64,000 bases of DNA from an uncultured delta proteobacterium (GTDB taxonomy: Bacteria > Myxococcota_A > Polyangia > Palsa-1104). The position numbers were made by a program, and so were the translations under genes. The DNA lies in contig CAWAWS010000039.1 in assembly GCA_963785725.1 (NCBI GenBank), positions 416,001-480,000 of the forward strand, written 5' to 3'. Under the pieces are notes generated by a model. The model was given only the letters and a program-made list of their open reading frames with translations. It had not been told where the DNA came from and did not search any database. Shown piece after piece: positions 9,358 through 20,306 of the stretch (positions are counted from its first letter, which is position 1; each line of letters opens with the position of its first letter).

Positions 9358-11251
9358 TCAGCGTGCCGGCGCCGCCGCGTCGAGCTGCCGCAGCGCGTCC
9401 GCGATCTCCGCGCTGCGCGCCGGCGCCAGCCCGCGGGCGCGCACGAAATCCGCGCGCGCCGCCGCCGGGTCGGTCATGAGCCGCGCCCACCCGCGATTGA
9501 CGAGCGCCCGCGCGTCGTCGGGCGCGATGGCCAGCGCCCGATCGTACTGCCGCGCCGCGCCCGCCAAGTCGCCCGCGCGCTGCAGCCGTGCGCCGACGTA
9601 AAAGCGCGCGTCCGCCTCTTCCGCGCCGCGCAGACAGCCGCGCGTCAACGCGTCGCGCCGCGCGTCGAGCGCGCCGTCGCTGTCGCCGTCGTCGTCGAGC
9701 ACGCGCGCGAGCCGTCGATCCCACTCGCACGGCGGCACCGGCGAGCGCCGCGGCGGCGACGGCAGCGGCAGCGCGCGCGTGCCGTCCTCCCAGCGGAAGG
9801 CCAGCCGCAACGGCAGCTCGTGCGCGGCGATGAGCGCGTCATGCTCCGGCGTGCGCCGCGCGAACACCAGCGCCGACGGTCGCCGCCACACGAGCGCCCA
9901 CTCGTCGGGATCGAACGAGCCTGCATGGCGATTGATCCCGGGCTCGTTCAACAGCGCGGCATCGATGTCCCAACGTCGCAACAGCGCATCGAACGTCGGC
10001 GGATCGAGCGGCGTGTCGTCGATGGCGCGGTGGAAGTCGTCGGGATAGGCCGGCAGCCGCGCGTCTTCGAACACCGACCACGCGGGCCAGCCTTGCCAGG
10101 CCAGGTAGCAGCCGACGTCGAGATCGTGGAACATGCGGCGGCGCAGACCCGTCGTCGTCACGAAGTCGATGGCGTCGAAGGGCACGACGTCGGTCGCCGA
10201 GACCCGGCGGCTCCGGGTCGGCGACGCGCTCGACGGCGATCGTGGCGGCCAACGCGACCGTGATGGCGACGGCGACGAGCGCCTGCGCGCGCGTCGACTG
10301 TCCGAGGCGCGGCGCGTGCGCGGCGATGAGGCGTCCGAGGCCGTCGGCCACGAGCGGCGCGGCGATGAGCGCGAATTCGGCGACGAACCGCACCGATCGC
10401 CACGCCAGCAAGGCGACGACGGCGACGCCGACGAGGTCGCGCCACCGTCGCGGCCGCGCGCAAGCGACGGCGAGCGCCACGGCGACGAAGAGGAAGAACC
10501 ACGGATCGTTCCAGGCGTCGGCGTGGCGGAACTCGTCGATGTTGCGGGTCGCGCCCAAGCCGGTGTGCCACAAGAGGTAACGCGGCAGGCGCGTGCCGGC
10601 GGGCGTCGCGAACATGGCCGCGCCGGTCAGCGCCAGCGCCGCCCACGCGCGCCGCCACGGCAGCTGCAGACCGTCGCGCCGCGCGCCGATGAGCCAGCAC
10701 AGCGTCAACAGCGTCGCGAAGAAGACGCCGGCATGGAACTGCGCCCACACGAGCGTCATGAGCGGCAGCCAGCGCCAGCGTCGCGGATGGTCTTCGATGT
10801 CGGCCATCATCATTGCCAACGCGCCCAGTCCCACGAACGTCACGAGGTGCGGTCGTTCCACCAGCCGCGGCCGCATCGTCTCGACGGCCGCGACCAGCGC
10901 CAGCGTCGTCGGCAGCGCGGCGATGCCGCGGCGGCGGCAGGCGAGCCACACCAGCGCCACCGCCGTCGTCACCAGCGCGGTCTTGGCGACGACGATCGCC
11001 GCGAACCCGCCGACGCGATAGAGCAGCGACACCAGCACTTGGAAGGCCCACGCCAAGTCGGGATCGGGCTGATTGGGATAGGTGAACGAGAACAGGTTGC
11101 GAAAGGGAATGTGATGCGTGGCGACGATCAGATCGCCCAGCTTCAGGTGAAAGAAGAGGTCGGTCTCGGCGAGCGGGAAGAGCGCGCGATGGGCCGTCCA
11201 CGCCAGCGTGGCGACGAAGAGGAGCCACTCGATGACGCGCGCCCGCGACAT
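9358..11251 (-). CDS. Membrane protein (GT-C-like N-terminus, C-terminal TPR), apparent +1 frameshift near 10196
   Basis: ETDLFFHLKLG..FSFT, ERPHL, WAQFHAG in one frame; removing one base at GGT CTC (G) GCG ACC GAC GTC joins it to the 9358-10185 frame ending in a TPR. Confidence 0.7.
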
Positions 11252-11450
11252 GCCGCGACGATAACATCGCGCGGCCGGCAGCAGACGCTCGCCGGCGTGC
11301 CCGACGGACGTGGCGGCGATCGCGGTGCGCGCCGACGTGCGCCGCGGCCGCGCGGACTGCGGCGAATGCGGGCGCGCGACTGCGCCGTCGCCGCGCGGCA
11401 TTCTTGGCGACGGGTATTGCGCGGCGCGCCGGAGACGTTATCGTGCGCAC

Positions 11451-12332
11451 ATGGCGACGAAAGCGGAGCGACGGCAGGCGTTCTCCACGGCATACGACGC
11501 GATGCTGGCGCGCTGGACGCTGGCGCCGACCGCGCGCGACGTCGCCACCAACGGCGCGACCACGCGCGTGAACGTGTGCGGCAAGGCCGACGCCCCGCCG
11601 CTCGTCATGCTGCACGGCTTCAAAGTGACGTCGACGATGTGGGCGCCCAACGCCGCCGCGTTCGGCGCCGTGCGCCGCTTTTACGCCGTCGACACGCTCG
11701 GCGACTACGGCTTCAGCCACGCCGCCAAACCGCCGCGCAGCCTCGACGCGCTCATGGTCTGGCTCGAGCAGCTGCTCGACGCGCTGGCGCTGCCGGTCGT
11801 CGACTTGGGCGGTATGTCCTACGGCGGCTGGCTGTCGGCGCACTTCGCGGCGCGCCATCCGGCCCGCGTGCGCAAGCTCGTCTTGCTGGCGCCGGGCGCG
11901 ACCTTCGCCAACTTCACGGGCGCGTGGGTGATGCGCGGCATGCCGATGATCTTCTGGCACCGGCGCGCCTTCGTCGAATCCTACTTGCGCTGGGCGGGCG
12001 TGGCGCCGACCGAGCCGGCCGCCCGCGCCGCTTACGACGACACGATGGGCGCGCTCGTCGACGTCATGCACGCCGGCCATCGCACGTTCCCGCTGTTCGG
12101 AATGCCGCTGCCGAAGCCGATCCCCGAAGACGTGACGCGCAAGATCGTGGCGCCGACGCTGCTCGTCTACGGCGCGCAAGAGAAACAATATCCGGCGGCG
12201 GCGGCGGTGGAAGTGGCGAAGACGCGGATCGCGACGCTACAGGCCGAGCTGATTCCACAGGCCAGTCACGACTTGACGTTCGGCCAGGCGACGCGCGTCA
12301 ACGAGCTGGTGACGCAGTTTTTGACGGGCTGA
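11451..12332 (+). CDS. Alpha/beta hydrolase
   Basis: LVMLHG, VDTLGDYG, nucleophile GMSYGG, C-terminal ASH. Confidence 0.9.
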   Translation: MATKAERRQAFSTAYDAMLARWTLAPTARDVATNGATTRVNVCGKADAPPLVMLHGFKVTSTMWAPNAAAFGAVRRFYAVDTLGDYGFSHAAKPPRSLDALMVWLEQLLDALALPVVDLGGMSYGGWLSAHFAARHPARVRKLVLLAPGATFANFTGAWVMRGMPMIFWHRRAFVESYLRWAGVAPTEPAARAAYDDTMGALVDVMHAGHRTFPLFGMPLPKPIPEDVTRKIVAPTLLVYGAQEKQYPAAAAVEVAKTRIATLQAELIPQASHDLTFGQATRVNELVTQFLTG

Positions 12333-12872
12333 TTACTTGAGCGCGGCGTCGATGGCGTCGTGCAGCTCCTTCGACTCCGGCGTCACGTTCGACGGAAACG
12401 CCTTGATGACCTGACCATCCTTGCCCACGAGATACTTGTGGAAGTTCCACTTCGGCTCGCCGTTCTTCGCCGTGACGAACTTGTAGACCGGCGACTGATC
12501 GGCGCCTTTGGTCGCGACTTTCTCGAACATCGGGAACGTGACGCCGTAATTCTTCTCGCAGAACGTGTGAATCTGCTCCGACGTGCCCGGCTCCTGCTTG
12601 CCGAAGTCGTTCGACGGGAAGCCGAGGATCACGAGACCCTTGGGCGCGTAGTCTTTGTACAGCTTCTCCAGCCCGGCATATTGCGGCGTAAACCCGCACT
12701 CCGACGCCGTATTGACGACGAGCGCCACTTTGCCTTTGTAGGCCGCGAGCGGCTGCGGCTTTCCGCCCAAGTTGTTGACGGTCAGATCGTAGAGCGACAT
12801 GGAAGTCTCCTTGGCGACGACGACGCTGCCCGACAATAGCAAAGCAGCGACGAGCATGAGCTTCTTGTGCAT
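12333..12872 (-). CDS. Glutathione peroxidase family protein (Cys type) with signal peptide
   Basis: VNTASECGFTPQY, LGFPSNDFGKQEPG, KWNFHKYLV. Confidence 0.95.
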   Translation of the reverse strand: MHKKLMLVAALLLSGSVVVAKETSMSLYDLTVNNLGGKPQPLAAYKGKVALVVNTASECGFTPQYAGLEKLYKDYAPKGLVILGFPSNDFGKQEPGTSEQIHTFCEKNYGVTFPMFEKVATKGADQSPVYKFVTAKNGEPKWNFHKYLVGKDGQVIKAFPSNVTPESKELHDAIDAALK

Positions 12873-12946
12873 GTCGATTGTGATGCACCCGCGCCGCCGC
12901 AGTTACAAGTAGATCCGCGCCGTCCGTCGTTTTACGCTGATCGGCG

Positions 12947-14752
12947 GTGAGCGCCGTCGTCGTCGAGCACGAGGTCAGCTGCAAGAGCAGCGTACACGCG
13001 CTGTGGCAGGTCTTGACGGACACGTCGTATCTGAACCGGTTGAGCGGCGAGGCGCCACGCGAAATCACGCCCATCGAAGGCCCGAACGGCGCGCGCTATC
13101 GCATTCGCATGCGCGCCGGCGGCTTCAACGTCGAGTGGCAGGAGTGGCCGTTCGAGTGGGTGGTCGAGGATCATTTTCGCACGCTGCGGCTGTTCAACGC
13201 CGGCCCGGTCTCGTCGGTGGACACGCTGCTGACCTTCTCGCCGGCGAATGACGGCGGTGCGCGCGTCATCATTCGCCTCGCGCTTACGCCGAAGCTGTCG
13301 TGGCTGCGCTTCGTCATTCGGCTGGGCGCGCGCAAGGCGGCCGACGCGCTGGCGACCGCGGTGCGGCGTATCGACGCGGCGTTGGTGCAGCGTTCGCCGC
13401 TGCCGCTGCCGACGAAAGCGCCGCTCGCGCCGGTCGCGGCGACGTCCGCGGCGACCTCGGCGTTCGGGCGCGCCCACGAGCGGCTGCGCACCGAGGCGTC
13501 GCCCGAGCTGGCCGATCGGCTGAGCACGTTCGTGGCGCACGGTCGTGACGAGGAGCTGGGGCGCATTCGTCCCTACGCGTTGGCGGCGGAGTGGGGCGTC
13601 GATCGGCGCGCGCTGTTGGCGACGTGCCTGCAAGCGGTGCGCGTCGGTCTGCTCGAGCTGCGTTGGGAGGTCATTTGTCCCAGCTGCCGCGTCGGCGCCG
13701 AGGTCGTCAGCACGCTGTCGGCGGTCAAAGATCACGCGACCTGCCACCTGTGCGAGATCGCGTTCGGGCTCGAGCTCGACGAGGCGCTGGAGGCGACGTT
13801 TGCGCCGACGCCGGCCGTGCGCCGCATCGACGTCGCGCAATATTGCGTCGGCGGGCCGGCGCGCACGCCGCACGTGCTGGCGCAAGCGGCGCTGCCGGCG
13901 CGCGGCCGGGTGACGCTGCCGGTGCCGGCGACGGCCGGCCGCTATCGTCTGTTCGTGCGCGGCGGCGCCATGCGCGCGCTCGAGCTGGCCGACGACGCGC
14001 CCGCCGACCTCGAGCTCGCGTTCGCCGACGACGCCACGCCGGCGCGCGTGCGGCCGGGCGGCCACGTCACCATCGTCAGCAACTTCGCCGACGAGCGCCA
14101 CGTCAAGCTCGAGCGCGTGGCGACCGAGACGCTGGCGGCGTCGGCGCGCGAGGTGACGGCGATGCCCGGTTTCCGTCGCGATTTCGCCGCCGAGGTCCTG
14201 CGTCCCGACTTGGCGCTCAAGGTCTCGACGGTGACGCTGTTCTTCAGCGATCTGACGGCCTCGACGCAGCTCTATGCCGACGTCGGTGACGCGCCGGCGC
14301 TCAAGCTGGTGCACGACCACTTCGATCTCGTGCTCGCGATCTTGTCGAAGCACGGCGGCACGCTGGTCAAGACCATCGGCGACGCGGTGATGGCGGCGTT
14401 CAACGACGATCTGGATGCCGTCGCCGCGTCGCTGGAGGCGCTGACGGCGTTCGAGACGTTCCGCGCCGAAGCGCCCAACGGCGAGCGTACTCATTTGAAG
14501 CTGGGCGTGTATCGCGGGCCGAGCTACCTCGTCACGGCCAATGGCGTGCTCGATTACTTCGGGCAGACGGTGAACATCGCGGCGCGGCTGCAGGCGCAGG
14601 CGAATTCGGGCGAGCTCGTCATCGAGCAGACGCTGGCCGACGCGGCCGTGCGCGCGGGCCGGCTGCCGGCGACGGCCGTGCGCGAGCGTTACCGAGCGTC
14701 GCTCAAGGGCGTGGCCGAGCCCATCGACGTCTGCCGCGTCGTTGCCACCTAA
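12947..14752 (+). CDS. Class III adenylate/guanylate cyclase with SRPBCC-like and DUF5939-like N-terminal regions
   Basis: WEVICPSC..CHLC, FSDLTASTQLY..GD, VKTIGDAVMAAF, DYFGQTVNIAARL. Confidence 0.9.
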   Translation: MSAVVVEHEVSCKSSVHALWQVLTDTSYLNRLSGEAPREITPIEGPNGARYRIRMRAGGFNVEWQEWPFEWVVEDHFRTLRLFNAGPVSSVDTLLTFSPANDGGARVIIRLALTPKLSWLRFVIRLGARKAADALATAVRRIDAALVQRSPLPLPTKAPLAPVAATSAATSAFGRAHERLRTEASPELADRLSTFVAHGRDEELGRIRPYALAAEWGVDRRALLATCLQAVRVGLLELRWEVICPSCRVGAEVVSTLSAVKDHATCHLCEIAFGLELDEALEATFAPTPAVRRIDVAQYCVGGPARTPHVLAQAALPARGRVTLPVPATAGRYRLFVRGGAMRALELADDAPADLELAFADDATPARVRPGGHVTIVSNFADERHVKLERVATETLAASAREVTAMPGFRRDFAAEVLRPDLALKVSTVTLFFSDLTASTQLYADVGDAPALKLVHDHFDLVLAILSKHGGTLVKTIGDAVMAAFNDDLDAVAASLEALTAFETFRAEAPNGERTHLKLGVYRGPSYLVTANGVLDYFGQTVNIAARLQAQANSGELVIEQTLADAAVRAGRLPATAVRERYRASLKGVAEPIDVCRVVAT

Positions 14753-14841
14753 TCCGCCGCGTCGCCGCGAGCGCGCCGCATCGGCACCGCGTCGGCGATG
14801 GCGACGTCACGACGACGTCATTCTCGGACTGGTCTAGGGAA

Positions 14842-15561
14842 TCAGCCGCAGCGGTTGGGTTGGCCGACGGCGCCGCAGATTTGACCGTTGGGGCAGCCGT
14901 TGCAGTGCAGCACGCCCGAGCAGCCGTCGGGAATGTCGCCGCATTGGCCGGGCTGACACGTCAGCGGCGTGCAGATGCGCTGGTTGCCGCAGGTGTAGGC
15001 GTCGTTGGCGTCGCCGCACAATTGGCTGACGCCGCAGGCCGGGCAGTTGAGGACGCCGCCGCAGCCGTCGGGATACTGGCCGCAGTGGATGGTGCTGAAG
15101 TCGGAGCACGACTTGTGCGGCGTGCAGGTGCAGCTGTTGGCGGTCTGCGCGCTGCACGTGTTGGCGACGGCGCAATCGCCGCAATGGAGCACGTTGCCGC
15201 AGCCGTCGTTGGGCAAGGTGCCGCACTGCTGGAACGCGCATTTGATGCTCGGCTGGCAGACCGACGCGAGGTCGCCGCTGCGCGCCAGATCGGGCGGCGA
15301 CGCCGGCATGTCGACGACCGGCAGCGGCAGATCGCGCGGCGACATCGCCAGATCGGCGGGCACCGACGACGACAGATCGGGCACGCTCAGGTCGCCGACG
15401 AGCGGCATCGAGCCGGCGACATAACAGCGACGATCGCTCGCACATTGGTAATCGGGCGGACAGCTTCCATCGTCGGCGCAATGGATCTGGCCTTGGCCTA
15501 AGTTCGGCGCAAAGCAGCCTGCCAGTAGGAAAACGAGCCCTAAAATCCGTCGTCTCGCCAA
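14842..15561 (-). CDS. Cys-rich lipoprotein
   Basis: Lipobox LLAGC, D-[LM]-[AS] linker, three CGxxPxGCxxVLxCxxC repeats. Confidence 0.8.
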   Translation of the reverse strand: MARRRILGLVFLLAGCFAPNLGQGQIHCADDGSCPPDYQCASDRRCYVAGSMPLVGDLSVPDLSSSVPADLAMSPRDLPLPVVDMPASPPDLARSGDLASVCQPSIKCAFQQCGTLPNDGCGNVLHCGDCAVANTCSAQTANSCTCTPHKSCSDFSTIHCGQYPDGCGGVLNCPACGVSQLCGDANDAYTCGNQRICTPLTCQPGQCGDIPDGCSGVLHCNGCPNGQICGAVGQPNRCG

Positions 15562-15580
15562 GGAGACAGCAGCATAACAG

Positions 15581-16984
15581 TTATTCTGGCTTACGAATGG
15601 TTGCTTCGGAAATAATCAGCCGATCGAGGGAATCGTCGAGGCGAACCGAGGGCTCCGGGCGCGGCGCGGGCGGCGGCACGGTCACGGCGGCATCGGTCGC
15701 GGCCGTGGCCTTGCCGAAGATCGACCGCTCGATGGCGCGCGTCGCGGCCGTCGGCGGAGCCGCCGATGGCGCGGCTGCCGACGACTCGGGCTCGACGAGA
15801 TCCTCGGCCGGCACGTCGCCGAGGCCGAGCGGCGCGAAGCGCGCCCGCGACGCCTCGCCGAGGCTGCGCAGCTTGAGCTGCAGGTCGCGCCGCGACACGA
15901 AGATCTCCTCGCGGCGGCCGGCGTCGGTCTGGCGCTTGAGGACCAGCTCCGTCGGCGTCAGCGAGCGGCGCGCGATCTCTTGCACCACCGGCGCCATCAG
16001 CGTCACCAAGCGCTCGACGAGCTGCTTCGGATCGCGATGATCGCCGAGCGGGATCTCGCCGATGGCCGCTTCGATCATCGACTGCCGGCCGCGCAGGACG
16101 TCGGTCGTCGCCGCGCGCAGCTTGTCCTTGAGCTCGATGACGCGCGCCGAGTCGGTGTCGTCGAGATCGAAGGGCGGCAGATCCGTGGCTTCGCCGGCGC
16201 GGCGCAGGATGACGCGCGTGGCGTCGTCGCGCATGACCAAGTCGTAGCCGACGCCGCTGCCGTCGGCGGCGGCGCGCAGCTGGATCTCGTTCTCGCGGCC
16301 GCCCGACACGAACGCCGTGATGAACTCTTTCTCGAGCCGTTGCGGGCGCAGCTTCACCTCTTTGCGCAGCCAGCCGCCGGCTTCGGGCGCGTGCACTTCC
16401 AGCCGCTCCATCAGCTTGTCGACGCGCGCCACGTGCGCCAGCACGTTCGACGACGGGATCTCGAGCTCCAGCACCGCCTGCAGATCCCCGAGCGCGCGAA
16501 TGTAGAGCCGCGCCGCGTAGACGTTGTTGGCCTGCTGCTGCAGTCGCAGCTCGCTCGTCATCTCCGGCAGGTCGTGGCGCTTCAGGAACGCGGCCAGCGC
16601 GTCGACGCAGCGGCGACGATCGCGGCGCGCCTCCTCCTCGATGCGGCCGGCGTCGGCTTCGGCGACGGCGCGCACGCCGTCGATGGCGGTGCGCACGACC
16701 TCGGCCGCGCTGCGCAACAGCGTCTGCGCGCAGGTCGCGGTCGCCGAATCCTCGGCGCCGACTTCGACGCCGTTGATGGCCGCCGCCTGCGTCGCGCCCA
16801 GCGCCTCGAGCCGAATGACCTCCTGCTCGGCGCGGCGGCGCGCGTCTTCGACCCGCGCCGCGCCGGCGGCCATGCGCTCGTCGGCGGCCAGCACCTGCAC
16901 GCAGAAGTCGAGCGCGTCGCGCAAGAAGTCGATGTAGTCGATCTGCAACGTAGACGGACTAGAGTCGCCGAACAGAAAGCTCAT
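15581..16984 (-). CDS. Hypothetical protein, paralog of 1-1113
   Basis: Starts MSFLFGDSSP after SD GAGGTG; coiled-coil-like N-half; shares C-terminal motif with the first ORF. Confidence 0.75.
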   Translation of the reverse strand: MSFLFGDSSPSTLQIDYIDFLRDALDFCVQVLAADERMAAGAARVEDARRRAEQEVIRLEALGATQAAAINGVEVGAEDSATATCAQTLLRSAAEVVRTAIDGVRAVAEADAGRIEEEARRDRRRCVDALAAFLKRHDLPEMTSELRLQQQANNVYAARLYIRALGDLQAVLELEIPSSNVLAHVARVDKLMERLEVHAPEAGGWLRKEVKLRPQRLEKEFITAFVSGGRENEIQLRAAADGSGVGYDLVMRDDATRVILRRAGEATDLPPFDLDDTDSARVIELKDKLRAATTDVLRGRQSMIEAAIGEIPLGDHRDPKQLVERLVTLMAPVVQEIARRSLTPTELVLKRQTDAGRREEIFVSRRDLQLKLRSLGEASRARFAPLGLGDVPAEDLVEPESSAAAPSAAPPTAATRAIERSIFGKATAATDAAVTVPPPAPRPEPSVRLDDSLDRLIISEATIRKPE

Positions 16985-17254
16985 CCAACACCTCGCCCTC
17001 ATCGTACGCCGCCTCAGGCAGGTCCGTCGAGGCGGATCGGATCCGCACGGCCATTGCGACTCGTGAGCTTGCACTCGTTTTTTACGCTGCGTGTGCGGGC
17101 GAACGTGGGCGCTTCGAGACCGAGCCCGCGATAAACCAATCACCGTTTGCGCGATCAACCGCCGGCCTCGAAATACAGGATTCCTTCGTCGTCGCGCCTG
17201 GCCGTGAACGCCGAATCCTCGCCGGGGACCCAGCAAAATCACGGTGGCGAGGTA

Positions 17255-18221
17255 CTAGGACGCCCGCTGCCGCAAGTCGCGCACGCTGCGGCCGACCTTC
17301 CGCCGCAGCAGCGTCCGCAAGCGTCACGGCGTCCGCGTACCCGACCTCGGTCGCGATATCGTCCAGCGTCGCGTCCGACGTCTGCAGCCGATGCACGGCC
17401 CGCTCGACGCGCAGATCCTGAATGTAGCCGAGCGGCGACTTGCCGAGCACGCCGCGCAGCCGTCGCGCCAACGTGCGCTCGCTCGCTCCGACGGCGCGCG
17501 CCGCCTCCGACAGCGAAAACCGGTCGACCAAATGCGCCCGCGCCCACGTCTCGAAGCGCTCGACCAACGGATCGGCGTGCGCCAGATGATCCGGGATCGC
17601 GAACAGCGCCTGCGACGGCCGCGAGTCGACGACGAGATAGCGCGCGCACAACGCCGCCAGCGCCGGGCTCTTGCTGCGCACCAGCCACAGCGCCAGATCG
17701 AGGTGCGCCAACGCCGCGCCCGCCGTCACGACGCGCCCGGCTTGCACGACCATGCGCGAGTCATCGAGCGTCACGCGCGGAAAGCGCTCGCGAAACAGCG
17801 GCGCCAGCCACCACGTCGTCGTCGCCGCGCAGCCGTCGAGCAGGCCGGCGGCGGCGATCAGGAACGTGCCCGTGCAGGCGGCGCAGACCATGGTGCCGGC
17901 GGCGGCGTAACGCGCCAGCAGCGCGATCGCGTCGCGAACGTCGGCACGCTCGAGCATGCCGTCGACGAGCGCCGGCGTCTTGGCGCCCAGCGCCGGAATG
18001 ACGACGACGTCGGCGCGACCGGCGCGCGCCGGCGTCGTGACCGGCACGGCCAGCCCGCGTCCGGTGCGAACGCGACGGCGCACACCGACGAGCTGGACCT
18101 CGAAGCGCGAGGCGCCGCGGCCGCCGGCACTGGCCAAGTCGCCGGCGGTGCCGAAGGTGTCGAGGATCGCCGACAGCCCCAAGTCGAAGACGCCATCGAG
18201 CACGAGCACGTGGATGCGCAT
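17255..18221 (-). CDS. GlxA family regulator (DJ-1/PfpI + AraC), apparent +1 frameshift near 17320
   Basis: ACTGTFL..AGLLDG..ATTTWW, SERTLARR, VGYADAVT; removing one base gives LRTLLRRKVGRSVRDLRQRAS* ending at 17255. Confidence 0.85.
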
Positions 18222-18311
18222 GGCGATAATGATACTAAAGTTGTCGGTTTCGCCAACTGGTCGTCTGCGATCGCGGGGACTATCTTGCAGTCTCACCCAA
18301 GGAGAACGCTC

Positions 18312-18614
18312 ATGGTCAAAGTCGGTCTGCTGGTGCGTTTGGAAGCGAAGCCGGGCAAGGAAGAGGAGCTGGGCAAGTTCTTGGCGAGCGCGCTGCCCTT
18401 GGCCAATCAGGAGACGCAGACGACGGTCTGGTTCGCCCTCAGGATTGGGCCGTCGACGTTCGGCATCTTCGACGGGTTCCCGGGCGAGCCCGGTCGTCAG
18501 GCGCACCTCGACGGTCAGATCGCGGCCGCGCTCATGGCCAAGGCGCCCGACCTCTTGGCCGGCAAGCCGACCATCGAAAAGGTCGACATCTTGGCCGCCA
18601 AGGTTCCCGGCTAG
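18312..18614 (+). CDS. Antibiotic biosynthesis monooxygenase (ABM) family protein
   Basis: LLVRLEAKPGKEEE, FGIFDGF..E.GRQAHL.GQIAAALM; SD AAGGAG; divergent from the GlxA regulator. Confidence 0.9.
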   Translation: MVKVGLLVRLEAKPGKEEELGKFLASALPLANQETQTTVWFALRIGPSTFGIFDGFPGEPGRQAHLDGQIAAALMAKAPDLLAGKPTIEKVDILAAKVPG

Positions 18615-18717
18615 CGCGAAAATGCGCCGATGGGCGCGCGCGGTCCGACCGACGCGCGCGCCCGCGACGACGCTTCAACGAATTCGACGGCCGCGGCACA
18701 GCATCTGGAGAGGCCAC

Positions 18718-19023
18718 ATGGAACGATCTCCAGGCACGCTGACGTGGAGCCGTACGGGCCCGTGGGCTTACGCGCTCGGTGAGTTCGGCAGCATTCGCGG
18801 CTTCAGCGGGCTGCCGCCCTGGCTGGTGCGCGTGCGCGGCCGCATCCTCGGCCACTATCGCAACCTCGACGCGGCGCGGGCGGCGCTCGAGCGCTCGGCG
18901 CGGGCGGCGCACTACGGCATCAGCCTCGACGTCGTCGCCGTGCGCGAGCGCGAGAGCGTGCTCGACGAGCCGGCGCAGCTGGGCGGTCGCGCGGCCTGGC
19001 AGCGTCTGCACGCGCGTCGCTGA
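18718..19023 (+). CDS. Hypothetical protein
   Basis: ATG after GAGAGG; non-repetitive 101-aa frame with GC3-biased codons. Confidence 0.45.
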   Translation: MERSPGTLTWSRTGPWAYALGEFGSIRGFSGLPPWLVRVRGRILGHYRNLDAARAALERSARAAHYGISLDVVAVRERESVLDEPAQLGGRAAWQRLHARR

Positions 19024-19075
19024 GCGCGCTAATTGTCGGGGCGCGTCTACGCATGGGGACACCTCATCGCCGCGG

Positions 19076-20101
19076 CTACGGCGGCGGCCAGCTCTTGGGC
19101 GCTAAGCAGGGGATGAATTTGACGGTGGTGAGCCGGCAGCTGCCTTGCGTCGATTGCGCGCCGCAGACCCAGTTGAAGGTGCCGTCGTCGAGGTCGAAGT
19201 GCGGGTGGTTGCTCGACGCGCACCAGTCGCAGATGGCGTTGACCGGCGTCGAGCAGCCGGGGCCGGCGCCGCAGCATTGCGTGTACAGCGTGCCGGCGGT
19301 GCCGACGCAAGGGCAGTTCGGCGTCAGGTCGGCGGCGTTGACGCACGGGCCGCACTCTTGATAGCCCGAGCCGTTGCACTTGCAGTAGCCGCCGCAGCGA
19401 TCGGTGAGCGCGACGACCGCCGTGCCGCCCGGGCCGGTGATTTGGTAGCACAACCCCGACGCCTCGGTCGTGCCGAGGCCCCACGGCGTCACCGGCTTGC
19501 CCGTCGTCGGATCGAGCGCGTTCTGCGAGTTGCCGAACAGCGGCGCCGACGTGGCCATGATGCCGATGCAGGAGTCGCCCGCCATCTGGTCGCACAATTG
19601 ATGGCCCATGGCCTCGCCGATCATTTGCGCGGTCGTCAGCGGCGGGTCGTCTTGCGTGACGCCGCTGCAGCCGCCCATCGACAGCTGGCAGTAGTTCGTG
19701 GCCCACGCCTGCGGATAGGTGGCGACGCCTTGGTAGCCGGTGCCGTAGACGCACTGGTTGTTGACGCACTTGCCGTACGGCGGCGGGCAGTTCTCGGGCA
19801 GACACGTCGACGGCGGGACGCACAAGTCGATGCCGTCGACGACGTGGAGCGGCGTGCCCTGCGACATGTAGCCGCAGCCGCCGCCGCTCGGACCGCCGCC
19901 GCCCGCGCTGCCGCCACCGCCGCCGCCGGCCATGCCACCGCCGGTTCCGCCGGCTGTGCCGCCGCCGGTTCCGCCGGCTGTGCCGCCGCCGACGCCGCCG
20001 CCGGCAGCGCCGTCCTTGCCGTTGCCGCTCTTGCCGCAGGCGGCGCCGACGAGCGCGCACGCGATGAAGCTGCAGGCGATCCACGCGCGCAACCGAGCCA
20101 T
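19076..20101 (-). CDS. Cys-rich lipoprotein with expansin/GH45-like DPBB domain
   Basis: Lipobox GAAC, Gly/Thr linker, GLCYQI..VVALTDRC and HPHFDL motifs. Confidence 0.7.
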   Translation of the reverse strand: MARLRAWIACSFIACALVGAACGKSGNGKDGAAGGGVGGGTAGGTGGGTAGGTGGGMAGGGGGGSAGGGGPSGGGCGYMSQGTPLHVVDGIDLCVPPSTCLPENCPPPYGKCVNNQCVYGTGYQGVATYPQAWATNYCQLSMGGCSGVTQDDPPLTTAQMIGEAMGHQLCDQMAGDSCIGIMATSAPLFGNSQNALDPTTGKPVTPWGLGTTEASGLCYQITGPGGTAVVALTDRCGGYCKCNGSGYQECGPCVNAADLTPNCPCVGTAGTLYTQCCGAGPGCSTPVNAICDWCASSNHPHFDLDDGTFNWVCGAQSTQGSCRLTTVKFIPCLAPKSWPPP

Positions 20102-20306
20102 GTCTCATCGTACCCGGCTCATCGGGCCACGGGAAGCGGCAACGCAGCGCTGCCGACGACGACACGCGCCCGCGGCTCGCGTCTGCTCGCGAGCGTCGCG
20201 CCGCTATCGCCGGCGATTCCGATGCGCGCTCGTTTTGCATCCACGCAAAACGGTTGTGCGGAGATGTGACTTCTGCGCAAAGCGAAGCCGCACTACGCTT
20301 TGCGCC

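Noticed and set aside
12333..12872. Selenocysteine glutathione peroxidase
   Set aside because: The active-site codon is TGC (Cys) and there is no in-frame TGA.
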